Below are positions 48,418 to 58,519 of a stretch of 64,000 nt of DNA, one piece after another (the first letter of the stretch is position 1; each line of letters opens with the position of its first letter). The position numbers were made by a program, and so were the translations under genes. Under the pieces are notes generated by a model that worked only from the letters and a program-made list of their open reading frames with translations, did no database searches and was not told where the DNA came from. Location: the sequence record LR745206.1; one strand, 5' to 3'.

Positions 48418-48801
48418 TTATTGTAGTATATTACTTAATACTCTATCTCTCATTAATAACTTTGATTCATTCACTAAGCATTTAAATACCTTTATATGAG
48501 ATTCTGTTCCCCAATGACTTTGTTTTCCTATTGGTAGTTTTTTATCTTCTATGAAGTAATCATCAATTATTGTCTCGATATTTATATAATCTTGAAAATT
48601 AAAAAATAACATAGACATAGTTGATAGTTTTCCATTTATAACATCACGATAAGTACCAATACCATTATAATAAGATATTCTATCTACTATATCAGTAGTA
48701 AATGGGTATTTATGACCACACATATTACTTATATCACAACAAATACCTATAATCTCACCAGATACTTTCTTTTTTAACCACCTTTTAGCTACTTCTTCCA
48801 T
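48418..48801 (-). CDS. Hypothetical, C-terminal tag class
   Basis: Ends RDRVLSNILQ. Confidence 0.7.
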   Translation of the reverse strand: MEEVAKRWLKKKVSGEIIGICCDISNMCGHKYPFTTDIVDRISYYNGIGTYRDVINGKLSTMSMLFFNFQDYINIETIIDDYFIEDKKLPIGKQSHWGTESHIKVFKCLVNESKLLMRDRVLSNILQ

Positions 48802-49193
48802 TATACTAACTCACTTAATTTTTTATCTCTTCTTAGTCTATTAATCTCATTCTTAAACTTCTCAAAGTTCTCTGGGTGTCTATCAAAATATTTTAATTCT
48901 TCATATTCCCATTGTAGATTCTTCATAGCTTGATGTAACTCAGCACCTATATTATCTTTAAGTATATCATATATCTTCTCAATAGCTTTATCTATACCAA
49001 CTTCATCCATAGTAACACATTCATGTCTTATACTAAATCCATTACTGTTAATTCTAATCTCAGATGCACCTCCATAATATAGAGATTCGCAGTTATCTGG
49101 TGTTAATTCTTCTTTTGGTATATAGGTACAAGTATATGAACCACCATTCTTACTTGTGAATTCTATAATACTTCTAATATCTTCTCTTGTCAT
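48801..49193 (-). CDS. Hypothetical, C-terminal tag class
   Basis: Ends RDKKLSELV. Confidence 0.7.
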   Translation of the reverse strand: MTREDIRSIIEFTSKNGGSYTCTYIPKEELTPDNCESLYYGGASEIRINSNGFSIRHECVTMDEVGIDKAIEKIYDILKDNIGAELHQAMKNLQWEYEELKYFDRHPENFEKFKNEINRLRRDKKLSELV

Positions 49194-49194
49194 A

Positions 49195-49518
49195 TTAATT
49201 GGTTATAACATTCCCGTTCTTAGTATCAGCATCACCAGCAACATTCCCACAAATGATATTACCATTTTTATTGGTTACATCACCTTCAACATCACCTTTA
49301 ACAACTATGTTACCATTCTTAGATGTAACATTACCACAGTTACCTTTGATTTCTAATACATCACAATGGTCTACATCAAGAGTTTCTATATTACCCTCTA
49401 CGTGTATATTAATTACTTTAGCATCTTCTTGATCTACTAACTTACCATCAATATAAACTTTATTGTTTACTACTGATAAATTATTACCATTATATGTCTT
49501 TCCGTTTATTGTTACCAT
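49195..49518 (-). CDS. Beta-helix (bactofilin-like) repeat protein
   Basis: Repeated KNGNI/GDV.G units. Confidence 0.65.
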   Translation of the reverse strand: MVTINGKTYNGNNLSVVNNKVYIDGKLVDQEDAKVINIHVEGNIETLDVDHCDVLEIKGNCGNVTSKNGNIVVKGDVEGDVTNKNGNIICGNVAGDADTKNGNVITN

Positions 49519-49520
49519 AT

Positions 49521-49913
49521 TTATAAATTTATTCTCATTAAACTTCCACTTTTTATAAAATCATTCTTTTCATAGAATGTTACTAATTTATCATCACAGT
49601 TAAGTATGACTTTATAACAATCAAACAATTTTGATTTATCAATAAGTTCTTTGATTATTAAAGAAGCATATCCTTTACCTCTTGTTGATTCATCAGTAGC
49701 AACATCTTCAATTAAACCCATACGACTACCGTTGTGTATAAATTTATTTATAATAACAAGAGTAGCTGTTGCAACTACTTTATTATCCACTTCAAGAACA
49801 TACACTGTTTTATTATCAGTATAATTATCAAATGATACCGTTGTGCTAAAAGCTTTCTCTAGAATTCTTTTAACATCATCACAATCAGTTAGTATGTTAA
49901 ATTCTCTAATCAT
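49521..49913 (-). CDS. GNAT, glucosamine-6-phosphate N-acetyltransferase (GNA1)-like
   Basis: KFIHNG...IEDVA...RGKGY...CYKVILNC. Confidence 0.85.
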   Translation of the reverse strand: MIREFNILTDCDDVKRILEKAFSTTVSFDNYTDNKTVYVLEVDNKVVATATLVIINKFIHNGSRMGLIEDVATDESTRGKGYASLIIKELIDKSKLFDCYKVILNCDDKLVTFYEKNDFIKSGSLMRINL

Positions 49914-49916
49914 TTC

Positions 49917-50165
49917 TTATTTGTTTAGTTCATCAGCGGCATCCCAACCAAAGATTTGTTTAGTTGCGATATATGTATCATCTTCCATTCCTTTTAACCC
50001 TAGTGAGATACTCTCACCAAAACATGCTACCTTATTATCATGTACATAACAAAAGCCCGCTGATATAGGATTTAGATTTCTAAATGAAGAATGTTCAATG
50101 ATTGTATGAAAGATTATAATCTGATTATATTCTTTAAGTCTTACGTATTTTTGTTTAGTATCCAT
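49917..50165 (-). CDS. Hypothetical protein
   Basis: ISAGFC...CFGESISL. Confidence 0.7.
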   Translation of the reverse strand: MDTKQKYVRLKEYNQIIIFHTIIEHSSFRNLNPISAGFCYVHDNKVACFGESISLGLKGMEDDTYIATKQIFGWDAADELNK

Positions 50166-50722
50166 TATTTTAATAATTCATTTGTTTTATGAATAGCTCT
50201 TCTCATTTTACTATAATCAAATCCGGTATTGAATGTGGTATCTATAATATGTTTCTCGTCTATGAACTCATTGATATCAAATCCACATTCATCATCTATT
50301 ACTAGATATGGCTCATTCTCTACTTTATTATCTTTTAACCAATTAAGTATTTGAGTTCCTCTCTTACCGTCTCTACCAGTTTTACCTACTATCTTACATA
50401 GTATTAATCCTTTCAATACAAACAAGTCATATATCTCTTCGATTGTTCTACCACTTCTCCAGGATGATGATATAACATACTTTACGTTATGTCCTTGTTG
50501 TCTAAACATTCTTTGGTAGTAGTGTAGGTTTGATATACACTCTTGGTCAAATGGCCAATCGTCCATAGATAGACCTGGGAAGTCTAAATTCTTTTCTTTA
50601 AGTACTGCACCGAAATCTGTATCATGAGGATCATCACCCATATAGTCTCTCCACTTTAGGTCAATCGATCTTTGAGTAGCAACTACACCATCAATATCCA
50701 AGAATACATATATGTCTTTCAT
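50165..50722 (-). CDS. HAD-family (Swiss-army-knife RNA-repair-like) phosphatase
   Basis: FLDIDGV, ISSSWR, RG.QI..WL, VIDD. Confidence 0.85.
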   Translation of the reverse strand: MKDIYVFLDIDGVVATQRSIDLKWRDYMGDDPHDTDFGAVLKEKNLDFPGLSMDDWPFDQECISNLHYYQRMFRQQGHNVKYVISSSWRSGRTIEEIYDLFVLKGLILCKIVGKTGRDGKRGTQILNWLKDNKVENEPYLVIDDECGFDINEFIDEKHIIDTTFNTGFDYSKMRRAIHKTNELLK

Positions 50723-50848
50723 AGGTGAATTTTAAAAGCCAATTGTTGTTATTCTCCGTTACTACCTGTCTATGATTGGGAGACGTATTTTAATCTATCA
50801 CTATTCTGAGTGAGTTCAGGTTCACAATTTTTTGGCTGTTATATTTTA

Positions 50849-50880
50849 TAAAGATAAGGATAAAGTATTAATAATACAAA
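50849..50880 (-). promoter_or_regulatory. Bacteroidota sigma70-type promoter
   Basis: TTTG-N20-TATCTTTA. Confidence 0.7.
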
Positions 50881-50897
50881 ATCTACACATAATTTTT

Positions 50898-51401
50898 CTA
50901 CCAAATATATCTTCTATCAGTTGGGTCTTTTACATCAAACCTAACCCACATAACTGGATAATTAATATGACTCTTTATTTCGGATGAATACATATCATTG
51001 GGTCTATCTATTCTAACATTACCATTGTTCCAACTAAGTTGATTAGTATTCACAACAATTTGACCCTTATCACTTAACGATCTTATTATTCTTCTAATAG
51101 CATCATTTGCTTCTAACCAATTATTGTGGTTGGGTAATCTTTCCCAATTGAAGTGGTTTGTTTCATCATCAAATGGTTCATATATAAATACTTTCTGATT
51201 GAACTTAACTAATACGGATAGTATATTACCTTTATACATTGGTGAGTATTTATAATCATCTTCTCTACCATAAGGAGATATACACCTACCTATAATAACT
51301 TCTTTAACTAAATCATAATCCATCTCAGTCATAAGTATATCTTCTATACTAGATTTTATATCTTCGTTGTTAAACTTCTCAAAAATTTTCAAGTGCTTCA
51401 T
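50898..51401 (-). CDS. CTS-like leader protein
   Basis: Start MKHLKIFEKFNNE at 51401; TAATATATA at 51407-51415. Confidence 0.75.
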   Translation of the reverse strand: MKHLKIFEKFNNEDIKSSIEDILMTEMDYDLVKEVIIGRCISPYGREDDYKYSPMYKGNILSVLVKFNQKVFIYEPFDDETNHFNWERLPNHNNWLEANDAIRRIIRSLSDKGQIVVNTNQLSWNNGNVRIDRPNDMYSSEIKSHINYPVMWVRFDVKDPTDRRYIW

Positions 51402-51448
51402 TGAGTTATATATTAATAATATAAAAATATAATTAAATATATACAATA

Positions 51449-52345
51449 ATGAAATACCTAAAAGCATATAAAATATTTGAATCTAATTCTGATGTAGATA
51501 CTTATCTAAATAAAATGGGTGCTACGAGAGAAGATATACAAGAGATATTTTTTGATGTTACTGATCAAGGATATAATCTTGGTTATGGTTTGGTGTATAA
51601 AGATAGGGGTAAGAGAGTTAGAAAAAATAAAACCACATCAAAAGAAACACCTATATTGAAGATATCAATTAGTACAGATAAGACATTTTATGTTGGTGGT
51701 ACTACTAAATTCAAAAATATATCATATATAGAAGCTATATATCACTCACTATCTAGATTTATAAATACTTATAAAGATAAGGCTAAAATAGATTATGAAA
51801 TAGATAGTAAAGCCGAGATAATGGTTAACTGCACTTTTGAAGAAGAATCGGATGATAGTAAATTAGATATAACAAAGGAAGATTTAATAACTTGTATGGA
51901 TGAATCATTATCTGCTCATTTACCTGATTATTATATTACTACTGATAGATCAAGTGATTATCAAGATATTTATTATCATATTACTATGAGTGATTCAACA
52001 CAAAGAAGTAAAGCTACAGAGTTGGTTAATAGATTAAAAGGTGATGCGGATTTCATAAACAATCACAAAGAAAGTGGTGAGTTATGTGATAATATTACCA
52101 ATGAGTTCACTTCAATACTATCTAAGAGGTTTGATAAAGATATTCGATTTTATCACGAAAGAGGTGAATCACCAGGGGTATATCTATTTGAGAATGGTGA
52201 GATGTTATATAAAATATCAGAATTATCTGTTCATGATTATAACTCTAGAATATTTAAGTATAGAATTAAAAAAGGATTTCTATCAAAGAAAAATGTAGAT
52301 GTGGAAATTTACTATAATATAGAAATAAAAATGAGACTTTCATAA
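51449..52345 (+). CDS. CTS-like leader protein, DIFxELxD family
   Basis: MKYLKAYKIFES...IQEIFFDVTDQGY. Confidence 0.75.
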   Translation: MKYLKAYKIFESNSDVDTYLNKMGATREDIQEIFFDVTDQGYNLGYGLVYKDRGKRVRKNKTTSKETPILKISISTDKTFYVGGTTKFKNISYIEAIYHSLSRFINTYKDKAKIDYEIDSKAEIMVNCTFEEESDDSKLDITKEDLITCMDESLSAHLPDYYITTDRSSDYQDIYYHITMSDSTQRSKATELVNRLKGDADFINNHKESGELCDNITNEFTSILSKRFDKDIRFYHERGESPGVYLFENGEMLYKISELSVHDYNSRIFKYRIKKGFLSKKNVDVEIYYNIEIKMRLS

Positions 52346-53014
52346 ATGATATTAAAGTTCAATAAATTCATATTAGAATCATTTACTAAAGAAGTCAGTT
52401 CTATTAGTAGTTTCTTAAAGACTCATGAAAAGAATTCAAATAAGTTCTTAGAGATTCTAAGATATGATTGTGATAAAAATGATTTTTTATTATCTAGTAT
52501 AAAGGGTGATTATCTAAGTAAAAAACAAGCACATAAATTACCAAATAGTAAAGATCTTTTAATTTATTGGTTCTCACTTGAACATGGATACCTATTTAGA
52601 ACATATGGTATTGATGATAGTGAAAGAACATTAGATGATGCAGACTTTGCTTTAGTCTTTAATATAAAAGAACAAAAAACTGGAGCTAGACAATTAAAAA
52701 ATGATAGATCAAAACAAAAAAGTGGATCACACTTTGGTAAATCAAATACTTATTGGAAAAGGGATAATTTAAAAAGGTATAGAGATATTATTAGTGATAG
52801 GAGATACCCAGATGAATTAAATGATATGTTTAATGATTTAATGAAATATAGTATCTCAAGAAATATTCATCCAATGGAAGCCTTAGAAAGAGCTAGGTTT
52901 GGTATGGATAGAAGATTATATAATGATCTAACAGATAAGCTACTTGGTTCAGGATATGGTTTTGGTCAGATTAATTATGACCGATATGGTGGTTATGATA
53001 GATATAGATGGTAA
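52346..53014 (+). CDS. CTS-like leader protein; paralog of 3776..5407
   Basis: MILKFNKFILES; YWFS, ADFALV, NLKRY. Confidence 0.7.
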   Translation: MILKFNKFILESFTKEVSSISSFLKTHEKNSNKFLEILRYDCDKNDFLLSSIKGDYLSKKQAHKLPNSKDLLIYWFSLEHGYLFRTYGIDDSERTLDDADFALVFNIKEQKTGARQLKNDRSKQKSGSHFGKSNTYWKRDNLKRYRDIISDRRYPDELNDMFNDLMKYSISRNIHPMEALERARFGMDRRLYNDLTDKLLGSGYGFGQINYDRYGGYDRYRW

Positions 53015-53410
53015 TTAATCTAGTATTAAATCTAATCGTTGGTCTCTGAAATATTTATTCAAACAAACATCATCACCTGATCCTTCATTGAGAGCATAAT
53101 ACATTTGACCCCATTCTTTACGAGAAGGATCTATATTACATATTCTACCCCATATTTCAGATAATCTTGTTGGTGAAGAATCGCTTACTATCCTACCAAT
53201 CATACCCATAGTATTAACTGGTCTTCTATCAAAGAGTCCATCCCAATCACCATATACTTTCTTGGCTTCTATACACCACTCATTTAATAATTCATCTAAG
53301 ACCTCTTTATTGTGTAATATATAACCTTCACCCATTGTGAATCTAATACCTGCCTCACCAAGTAGTCTTAAATCAGGTAACTTTGAATATAATTGTTCTA
53401 GCTTTTCCAT
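53015..53410 (-). CDS. Hypothetical, C-terminal tag class
   Basis: Ends RDQRLDLILD; TATCTTTG at 53415-53422. Confidence 0.7.
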   Translation of the reverse strand: MEKLEQLYSKLPDLRLLGEAGIRFTMGEGYILHNKEVLDELLNEWCIEAKKVYGDWDGLFDRRPVNTMGMIGRIVSDSSPTRLSEIWGRICNIDPSRKEWGQMYYALNEGSGDDVCLNKYFRDQRLDLILD

Positions 53411-53448
53411 CTCACAAAGATACAAATTTTTATCTTAATATATATGAT

Positions 53449-53904
53449 ATGAAGCATATTAAAAAATATAACGAAGCTGTTGAGAACCCTAATTTAATTC
53501 CAAAATATCAAGATATAATTGATATGATTGATGCTAATCAACTTAAAATCATCAATACTACTGGGGATAGTGTGAAAGAATATATTATAAATTCTTATCA
53601 ACGTAATATACCAACTGGGTTAGATAATGGTAGCACAACTAGTATTAGAAGAGATAGTATGCTTGATAGACCAATTGATCCTTATATGTTAAGAAGAAGA
53701 GGTAATGGTGGACATATTCAATTAGCTTCTCTTGATGAAGCATTCTGTGTAGTGGTTGAGAATGGGACACCATCCGCTATTATAAGAGAGTACGAATTAA
53801 TGAATCCTTTTTTGTTTGGTAGTGTGGTTATATGTCCAGGACATGATAGTATTACTTGTTATGATATAGAAACTGGTGAATCAAAGACAAGCCATATTAG
53901 ATAA
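53449..53904 (+). CDS. CTS-like leader protein
   Basis: Start MKHIKKYNEAVE; TAATATATA at 53436-53444. Confidence 0.75.
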   Translation: MKHIKKYNEAVENPNLIPKYQDIIDMIDANQLKIINTTGDSVKEYIINSYQRNIPTGLDNGSTTSIRRDSMLDRPIDPYMLRRRGNGGHIQLASLDEAFCVVVENGTPSAIIREYELMNPFLFGSVVICPGHDSITCYDIETGESKTSHIR

Positions 53905-53920
53905 ATTACTTAATTAAACT

Positions 53921-54217
53921 ATGAAATACTTAAAGACATTTGAAAATTATAGAATAGTAGAAGCTGTTAACTTCACTAGAAAAGATACAGCTAGAATACT
54001 AACATTAAATGATAGAGCTTCTGATGAGAATCACTTACTAAGATTAGCTTCTAATATGGCTGATGCTATTGGTAGAGGTGTAGTTAAAGGTAGTAAGAAC
54101 GAACATGATTCAGGTAAGAAAGCTTATCAAAGGGGATTAGCGGCTGAGAATGAAAACTTTCATGAAGTGGCAAAAATATTCTTTGATAGAGCTAAAGAAC
54201 TTGGTTACGAAGAATAA
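53921..54217 (+). CDS. CTS-like leader protein
   Basis: MKYLKTFENY. Confidence 0.75.
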   Translation: MKYLKTFENYRIVEAVNFTRKDTARILTLNDRASDENHLLRLASNMADAIGRGVVKGSKNEHDSGKKAYQRGLAAENENFHEVAKIFFDRAKELGYEE

Positions 54218-54223
54218 TATATT

Positions 54224-54709
54224 ATGAAGTATTTAAGAAGTTTCAATGAGTCAGCTGATCCTAATATAATATTAGATATAGAAGATTTCCTTTTGGATTT
54301 ATCTGATATGGGATATTATACTAAAGTTTATGATTATACAAATGATAATAACACAATTGTGGTGGATATGGCTAATATAATTGGTAGATATGGTGCTGTT
54401 TTGGATAAATTCTTATCTGATACAGAAGAAACTTATATAAGAATTATTGAGTATATGAAATTAAATGGATATAATAAAGTACCAAATAGTAGTCTTGATA
54501 ATTATGTAGAATATAATAAAGGTAAAGATTTATATAGAGGTGTTATGAAAGCTAGATACTTCCCAAAATATCTAAACAAAAGACGACTTGAATGGACTGG
54601 TGATGGTGTTAGATACCATGACTATACAAATCCACGAGATCCTAAAGACTTCGTTACGAGTAATACTGATATGACTGTTTTCTTAAAAGAAATAACATTT
54701 AGTAAATGA
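54224..54709 (+). CDS. CTS-like leader protein, DIFxELxD family
   Basis: MKYLRSFNES...IEDFLLDLSDMGY. Confidence 0.75.
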   Translation: MKYLRSFNESADPNIILDIEDFLLDLSDMGYYTKVYDYTNDNNTIVVDMANIIGRYGAVLDKFLSDTEETYIRIIEYMKLNGYNKVPNSSLDNYVEYNKGKDLYRGVMKARYFPKYLNKRRLEWTGDGVRYHDYTNPRDPKDFVTSNTDMTVFLKEITFSK

Positions 54710-55155
54710 GGTACTTAAAGACATATAAAATATTTGAAGCTATTGATAATATAGAAGATATAGAAGATATATTTCATGAATTACGTGATGAAGGATATTA
54801 TGTTAAAATTTTTCCACACCGACAAACTAAACAGAATGGTAGTGTTTTAACATATAGGATAGAAATAAATAAACATCATAATAATGAATATGGATATGAT
54901 GAAGATAATAACTTCCAATTCGAAAAGCCTTTTATTTTCTCAGAGATTATTGATGTAGTTGATAGATCATTATCTATAATAGGGGACTCATATATTGTTA
55001 CTTGTGATGTAGAGTTATATAATCCTTATGAGGATAAGAAATTTAATAGAGTTTTTAAAGATCGTGCAATAACTTGGGATGAATTGAACAAGGAAATGCG
55101 TCAAGATTTTGGATTGGCTACCTTAGTGAATAGCTTAGAATTAAAATTGAGATAA
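54706..55155 (+). CDS. CTS-like leader protein, DIFxELxD family
   Basis: MRYLKTYKIFEA...IEDIFHELRDEGY. Confidence 0.75.
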   Translation: MRYLKTYKIFEAIDNIEDIEDIFHELRDEGYYVKIFPHRQTKQNGSVLTYRIEINKHHNNEYGYDEDNNFQFEKPFIFSEIIDVVDRSLSIIGDSYIVTCDVELYNPYEDKKFNRVFKDRAITWDELNKEMRQDFGLATLVNSLELKLR

Positions 55156-55626
55156 ATGAAGTATATAAAATCACATAAGATATTCGAATCTGATATGGAT
55201 AAATCTGGTGATCCTAGAACTACAATAGATAAAGATTATATTATTGATATTTTTATTCCTTTGGGTGAATATGGGTTAAGAAGATCAACTCAATACCAGG
55301 GTCCAGGTTATACGGTGGCTCATCCAGACACAGGGGTTCATGATAAGAGAATAGTTACTTATATAAGCTCAGACTATTTTTCCAAAAATAAAAAAGAATT
55401 TACTTATGATATTCTTTTAAATTTAAGTGATGAAATTAATCATTATATAAGTTATATGGTATCACTTGGTTATTCTTTACTAAAATGCAGGGTTAGGGTT
55501 AATAGTAAATGGTTATTGATTTATGAAGGTGAAACGAATACTAATACTCTTCCATTATCACTTCTTCGATATGATATTAATGTTTATGATACTGTTAATT
55601 CTTTTGAAATAATATTTACCTGGTAA
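55156..55626 (+). CDS. CTS-like leader protein, DIFxELxD family
   Basis: MKYIKSHKIFES...IIDIFIPLGEYG. Confidence 0.75.
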   Translation: MKYIKSHKIFESDMDKSGDPRTTIDKDYIIDIFIPLGEYGLRRSTQYQGPGYTVAHPDTGVHDKRIVTYISSDYFSKNKKEFTYDILLNLSDEINHYISYMVSLGYSLLKCRVRVNSKWLLIYEGETNTNTLPLSLLRYDINVYDTVNSFEIIFTW

Positions 55627-55860
55627 TTATAATAGTTTATTCAGTTTATATTCTCTCAACCACTCCAAGTTTTTATAATTCTTATCCATTGTTCTAACGC
55701 ATTGATCAAGTGCTCTATCCAAAGAATCTTCATCCATTAAATTAACAATCTCATTAATTGATAATCCTAGATTTTTATGTGAGTACATTCTTTTGAAGAC
55801 CAGTTGTTGCTCTTCTGTGCAATCTGATAATATTTTTATTATTTTTACCCTTTTATCCAT
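55627..55860 (-). CDS. Hypothetical, C-terminal tag class
   Basis: Ends REYKLNKLL. Confidence 0.7.
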   Translation of the reverse strand: MDKRVKIIKILSDCTEEQQLVFKRMYSHKNLGLSINEIVNLMDEDSLDRALDQCVRTMDKNYKNLEWLREYKLNKLL

Positions 55861-56108
55861 CCTTCTGTTTTTGATTCCCAAACTCTTGAGTATAGTTTGT
55901 TGAATAGTAGTTCATAGTTCTTGAAATCGGATATCATTGAATCACAATCCTTATAAGAGTATGACATTTCTTCCTTATCATTCTTCTTATACACTATAAA
56001 GTATTCACCATTCTTTTCTACCGGATTAATATTATCAATTGATATATTATCTCTTAGTATCTCATATATACCGGTTTCGAATGCGTAGTTGTTTAATTTT
56101 TTTAACAT
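55845..56108 (-). CDS. Hypothetical protein
   Basis: ORF in operon. Confidence 0.6.
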   Translation of the reverse strand: MLKKLNNYAFETGIYEILRDNISIDNINPVEKNGEYFIVYKKNDKEEMSYSYKDCDSMISDFKNYELLFNKLYSRVWESKTEGWIKG

Positions 56109-56115
56109 ATTTATT

Positions 56116-56436
56116 TTATTTAATTCCTAGTTGTTTTAATATTTCATCCCTAACCTCAGCTTGGGTTGGTAATTGAATTCGCTCACTCTTACCTTTTGTA
56201 CCATCAGATAATGTAGGTGCGTATATCTTTTGATTCGTCCAACGTTTTCTACTAAATAGTTTCTTTTCTTTAATCGGTACAAATCCTTTTAATACAGAGA
56301 ATTGTGTTTTAGTTAGTTTTATTGATTCAGGCATTAACCATACACCATCAACTATTCTTGAGATAAGATGTAAGTTGATAACATCTTTATCTTCACTTAT
56401 ATAATCTCCAGTATTTGAGTTGATATAATAGTTCAT
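56116..56436 (-). CDS. Hypothetical, C-terminal tag class
   Basis: Ends RDEILKQLGIK. Confidence 0.7.
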   Translation of the reverse strand: MNYYINSNTGDYISEDKDVINLHLISRIVDGVWLMPESIKLTKTQFSVLKGFVPIKEKKLFSRKRWTNQKIYAPTLSDGTKGKSERIQLPTQAEVRDEILKQLGIK

Positions 56437-56442
56437 GTTTAT

Positions 56443-56640
56443 TTATAAAACGAAATTAAGTATGACTGATATTACTAACAACATACCTAGTATGATTATC
56501 AATTTATCCATTGTATAAAATCCATTTACGAATCCATTGGAATATCCACTCTCAAATGATTCTTTATCTAATCCATGTAGATTTGTTCCATCCAACTCCT
56601 TTAATCTCTTTAGGAGTATTCTCTTTACTATATTTCTCAT
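56443..56640 (-). CDS. Small single-TM protein
   Basis: C-terminal hydrophobic helix. Confidence 0.65.
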   Translation of the reverse strand: MRNIVKRILLKRLKELDGTNLHGLDKESFESGYSNGFVNGFYTMDKLIIILGMLLVISVILNFVL

Positions 56641-56924
56641 GTTAGTTCATTTATATCAGTAGAATAATAATATTCTACTATCTCACCTTCTTCATCATCA
56701 AAGATAGATACTTCCAATATGAAGTTACCATCTTTCATTTGAAATATTTGTTTAGTCAAAGAGAAGCTATCATCATACCTCAATACATTCATAGGTACAA
56801 ATTTTTTCTCTGATACTAGATAGAATTCAGATTTATCTATCTTAAATTTATCAGTTTCTTTATCTTTGGTAATATCAATCATTTCACCAACACTGATTTC
56901 ATAATCATCACTTAACCTTTTCAT
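56637..56924 (-). CDS. Hypothetical protein
   Basis: ORF in operon. Confidence 0.65.
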   Translation of the reverse strand: MKRLSDDYEISVGEMIDITKDKETDKFKIDKSEFYLVSEKKFVPMNVLRYDDSFSLTKQIFQMKDGNFILEVSIFDDEEGEIVEYYYSTDINELT

Positions 56925-57085
56925 TTACTTTTATATTTGTTAGATTTTTTCTTTATTTTATAAGCACAGATAAATAACCCAATCACACAGGCTACTCCGA
57001 TAGATATTACTATTATGTCTGTTATGTTATATTCCATTATTTGCTAAGATACGAATAATTAAACTAATATATCAAAAAATTACTA

Positions 57086-57547
57086 TTGTTTATTATAATT
57101 ATAATACCTATCTTAGCCTTTATGTTACATAGACTTGAATATAGTATATCTGATGAGATATTTAAGGGTGCTCGTAAATCACCTGGACATAGAATGATGA
57201 GGATTAAATTACCTGATTATATCGACAATGTAGTATCAATTGGTCATAAAACATCAATATTTAGAACATTTAATGTATTATTATGTAAAATGTGGTGGTT
57301 AGTGAAGGTATTTGCTAGTATATCCACTAATATGTTGAGTATGATGAATAAAAGAAGACCTGGATTCTATATACCTACTTATAAACGACCTGATTTTGAT
57401 ATAAATTTCAGTTTTGATACCAAGACAAATATATTATATTTGGAGGTTGTAACAGCTATTCATAGAAAAAGTTATCAGAATATAATTATTATGTATAACT
57501 CTAAAGTAGAGGATAGAAATAAAGTTTTAGAAAAATTAGGTATATGA
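57086..57547 (+). CDS. Hypothetical, C-terminal tag class
   Basis: Ends RNKVLEKLGI; start uncertain. Confidence 0.6.
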   Translation: MFIIIIIPILAFMLHRLEYSISDEIFKGARKSPGHRMMRIKLPDYIDNVVSIGHKTSIFRTFNVLLCKMWWLVKVFASISTNMLSMMNKRRPGFYIPTYKRPDFDINFSFDTKTNILYLEVVTAIHRKSYQNIIIMYNSKVEDRNKVLEKLGI

Positions 57548-57780
57548 ATTTTAAAGAAGGTGATGTAATTGTTATTATTAAAAGTGATAACCACTTTGGT
57601 GAAGAAGGTATAATCGAAAGATCTTATAAATCAGAGTTTAGTGAAGTTGCTGGGAAAAGATGGGTTGTTGTAATACCTAATCATCCGACAAATACTAAAT
57701 TCATAATCAAGGATGAAGATATGTTACTAAGCGTTCAATATGAACGTGATAAGAAAATTAAATCTTTGGGTATCGAATAG
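57544..57780 (+). CDS. KOW/SH3-like small protein, tag class
   Basis: FKEGDVIVII...GEEGII; ends RDKKIKSLGIE. Confidence 0.65.
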   Translation: MNFKEGDVIVIIKSDNHFGEEGIIERSYKSEFSEVAGKRWVVVIPNHPTNTKFIIKDEDMLLSVQYERDKKIKSLGIE

Positions 57781-57909
57781 TTACTTTGGATCGTATCCAC
57801 AAGTATAACACTTCCCACCTTTAATATAAAAGGAATTTCCACATTTAGGACATTTACATTCTTCACCGGTTCTGACACTAGAAGCTGGTTTTGTTTTATC
57901 TATACTCAT
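57781..57909 (-). CDS. 42-aa zinc-ribbon protein
   Basis: Hand-translated CKCPKC...CYTCGY. Confidence 0.6.
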   Translation of the reverse strand: MSIDKTKPASSVRTGEECKCPKCGNSFYIKGGKCYTCGYDPK

Positions 57910-58073
57910 AATAATTATTGTATATCATCACATCTAAGAAGTTCTTTTAAATCTACAGCTACCAATTCAATATCACCATCAGATTTATCTATACTCATAA
58001 TAATTATTGTATATCATCACATCTAAGAAGTTCTTTTAAATCTACAGCTACCAATTCAATATCACCATCAGAT
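57895..58073. repeat. Perfect 89-bp tandem duplication
   Basis: tttatctatactcataataatt...atcaccatcaga repeated at 57895 and 57984. Confidence 0.9.
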
Positions 58074-58264
58074 ACAATACTTTTGTTATAACATCTTCTT
58101 GTACTTTTATATGCGGATATTGATACCGAGTCTGATTTATTCTCAATATAGATTTTATTACCATATCTATTTGCTAATGATATCATATCAGGATTTCTAC
58201 CAGATTGAGATTCGAATCCTAAATTAATTATTCTTAATATGGTTAAAGCGAATGTTGTTTTCAT
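58004..58264 (-). CDS. Hypothetical protein
   Basis: 3' end lies in the duplication. Confidence 0.65.
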   Translation of the reverse strand: MKTTFALTILRIINLGFESQSGRNPDMISLANRYGNKIYIENKSDSVSISAYKSTRRCYNKSIVSDGDIELVAVDLKELLRCDDIQ

Positions 58265-58509
58265 AATCGTAAATCATTATCTAGATTTTCATTTTCATTA
58301 TCACCTCTGAGTTCAAGTGGTTGATCAACAATATCAATTTCATCATTTTTGTACCATTCTTTAAGAATAGAAACTAATGAAGGTACTTGACACAGTATTA
58401 AAATTATTGGAAACCAGGCTGGATATCTCGTGAATAGGAATCCGTTAAGTGGCATGATTATAAATATTGTTATAGCCGCCATTATCAATTTAGCTTTCTT
58501 CTTTGTCAT
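58261..58509 (-). CDS. Two-TM membrane protein
   Basis: Hydrophobic N-terminal half. Confidence 0.65.
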   Translation of the reverse strand: MTKKKAKLIMAAITIFIIMPLNGFLFTRYPAWFPIILILCQVPSLVSILKEWYKNDEIDIVDQPLELRGDNENENLDNDLRL

Positions 58510-58519
58510 AGTTTTATTT

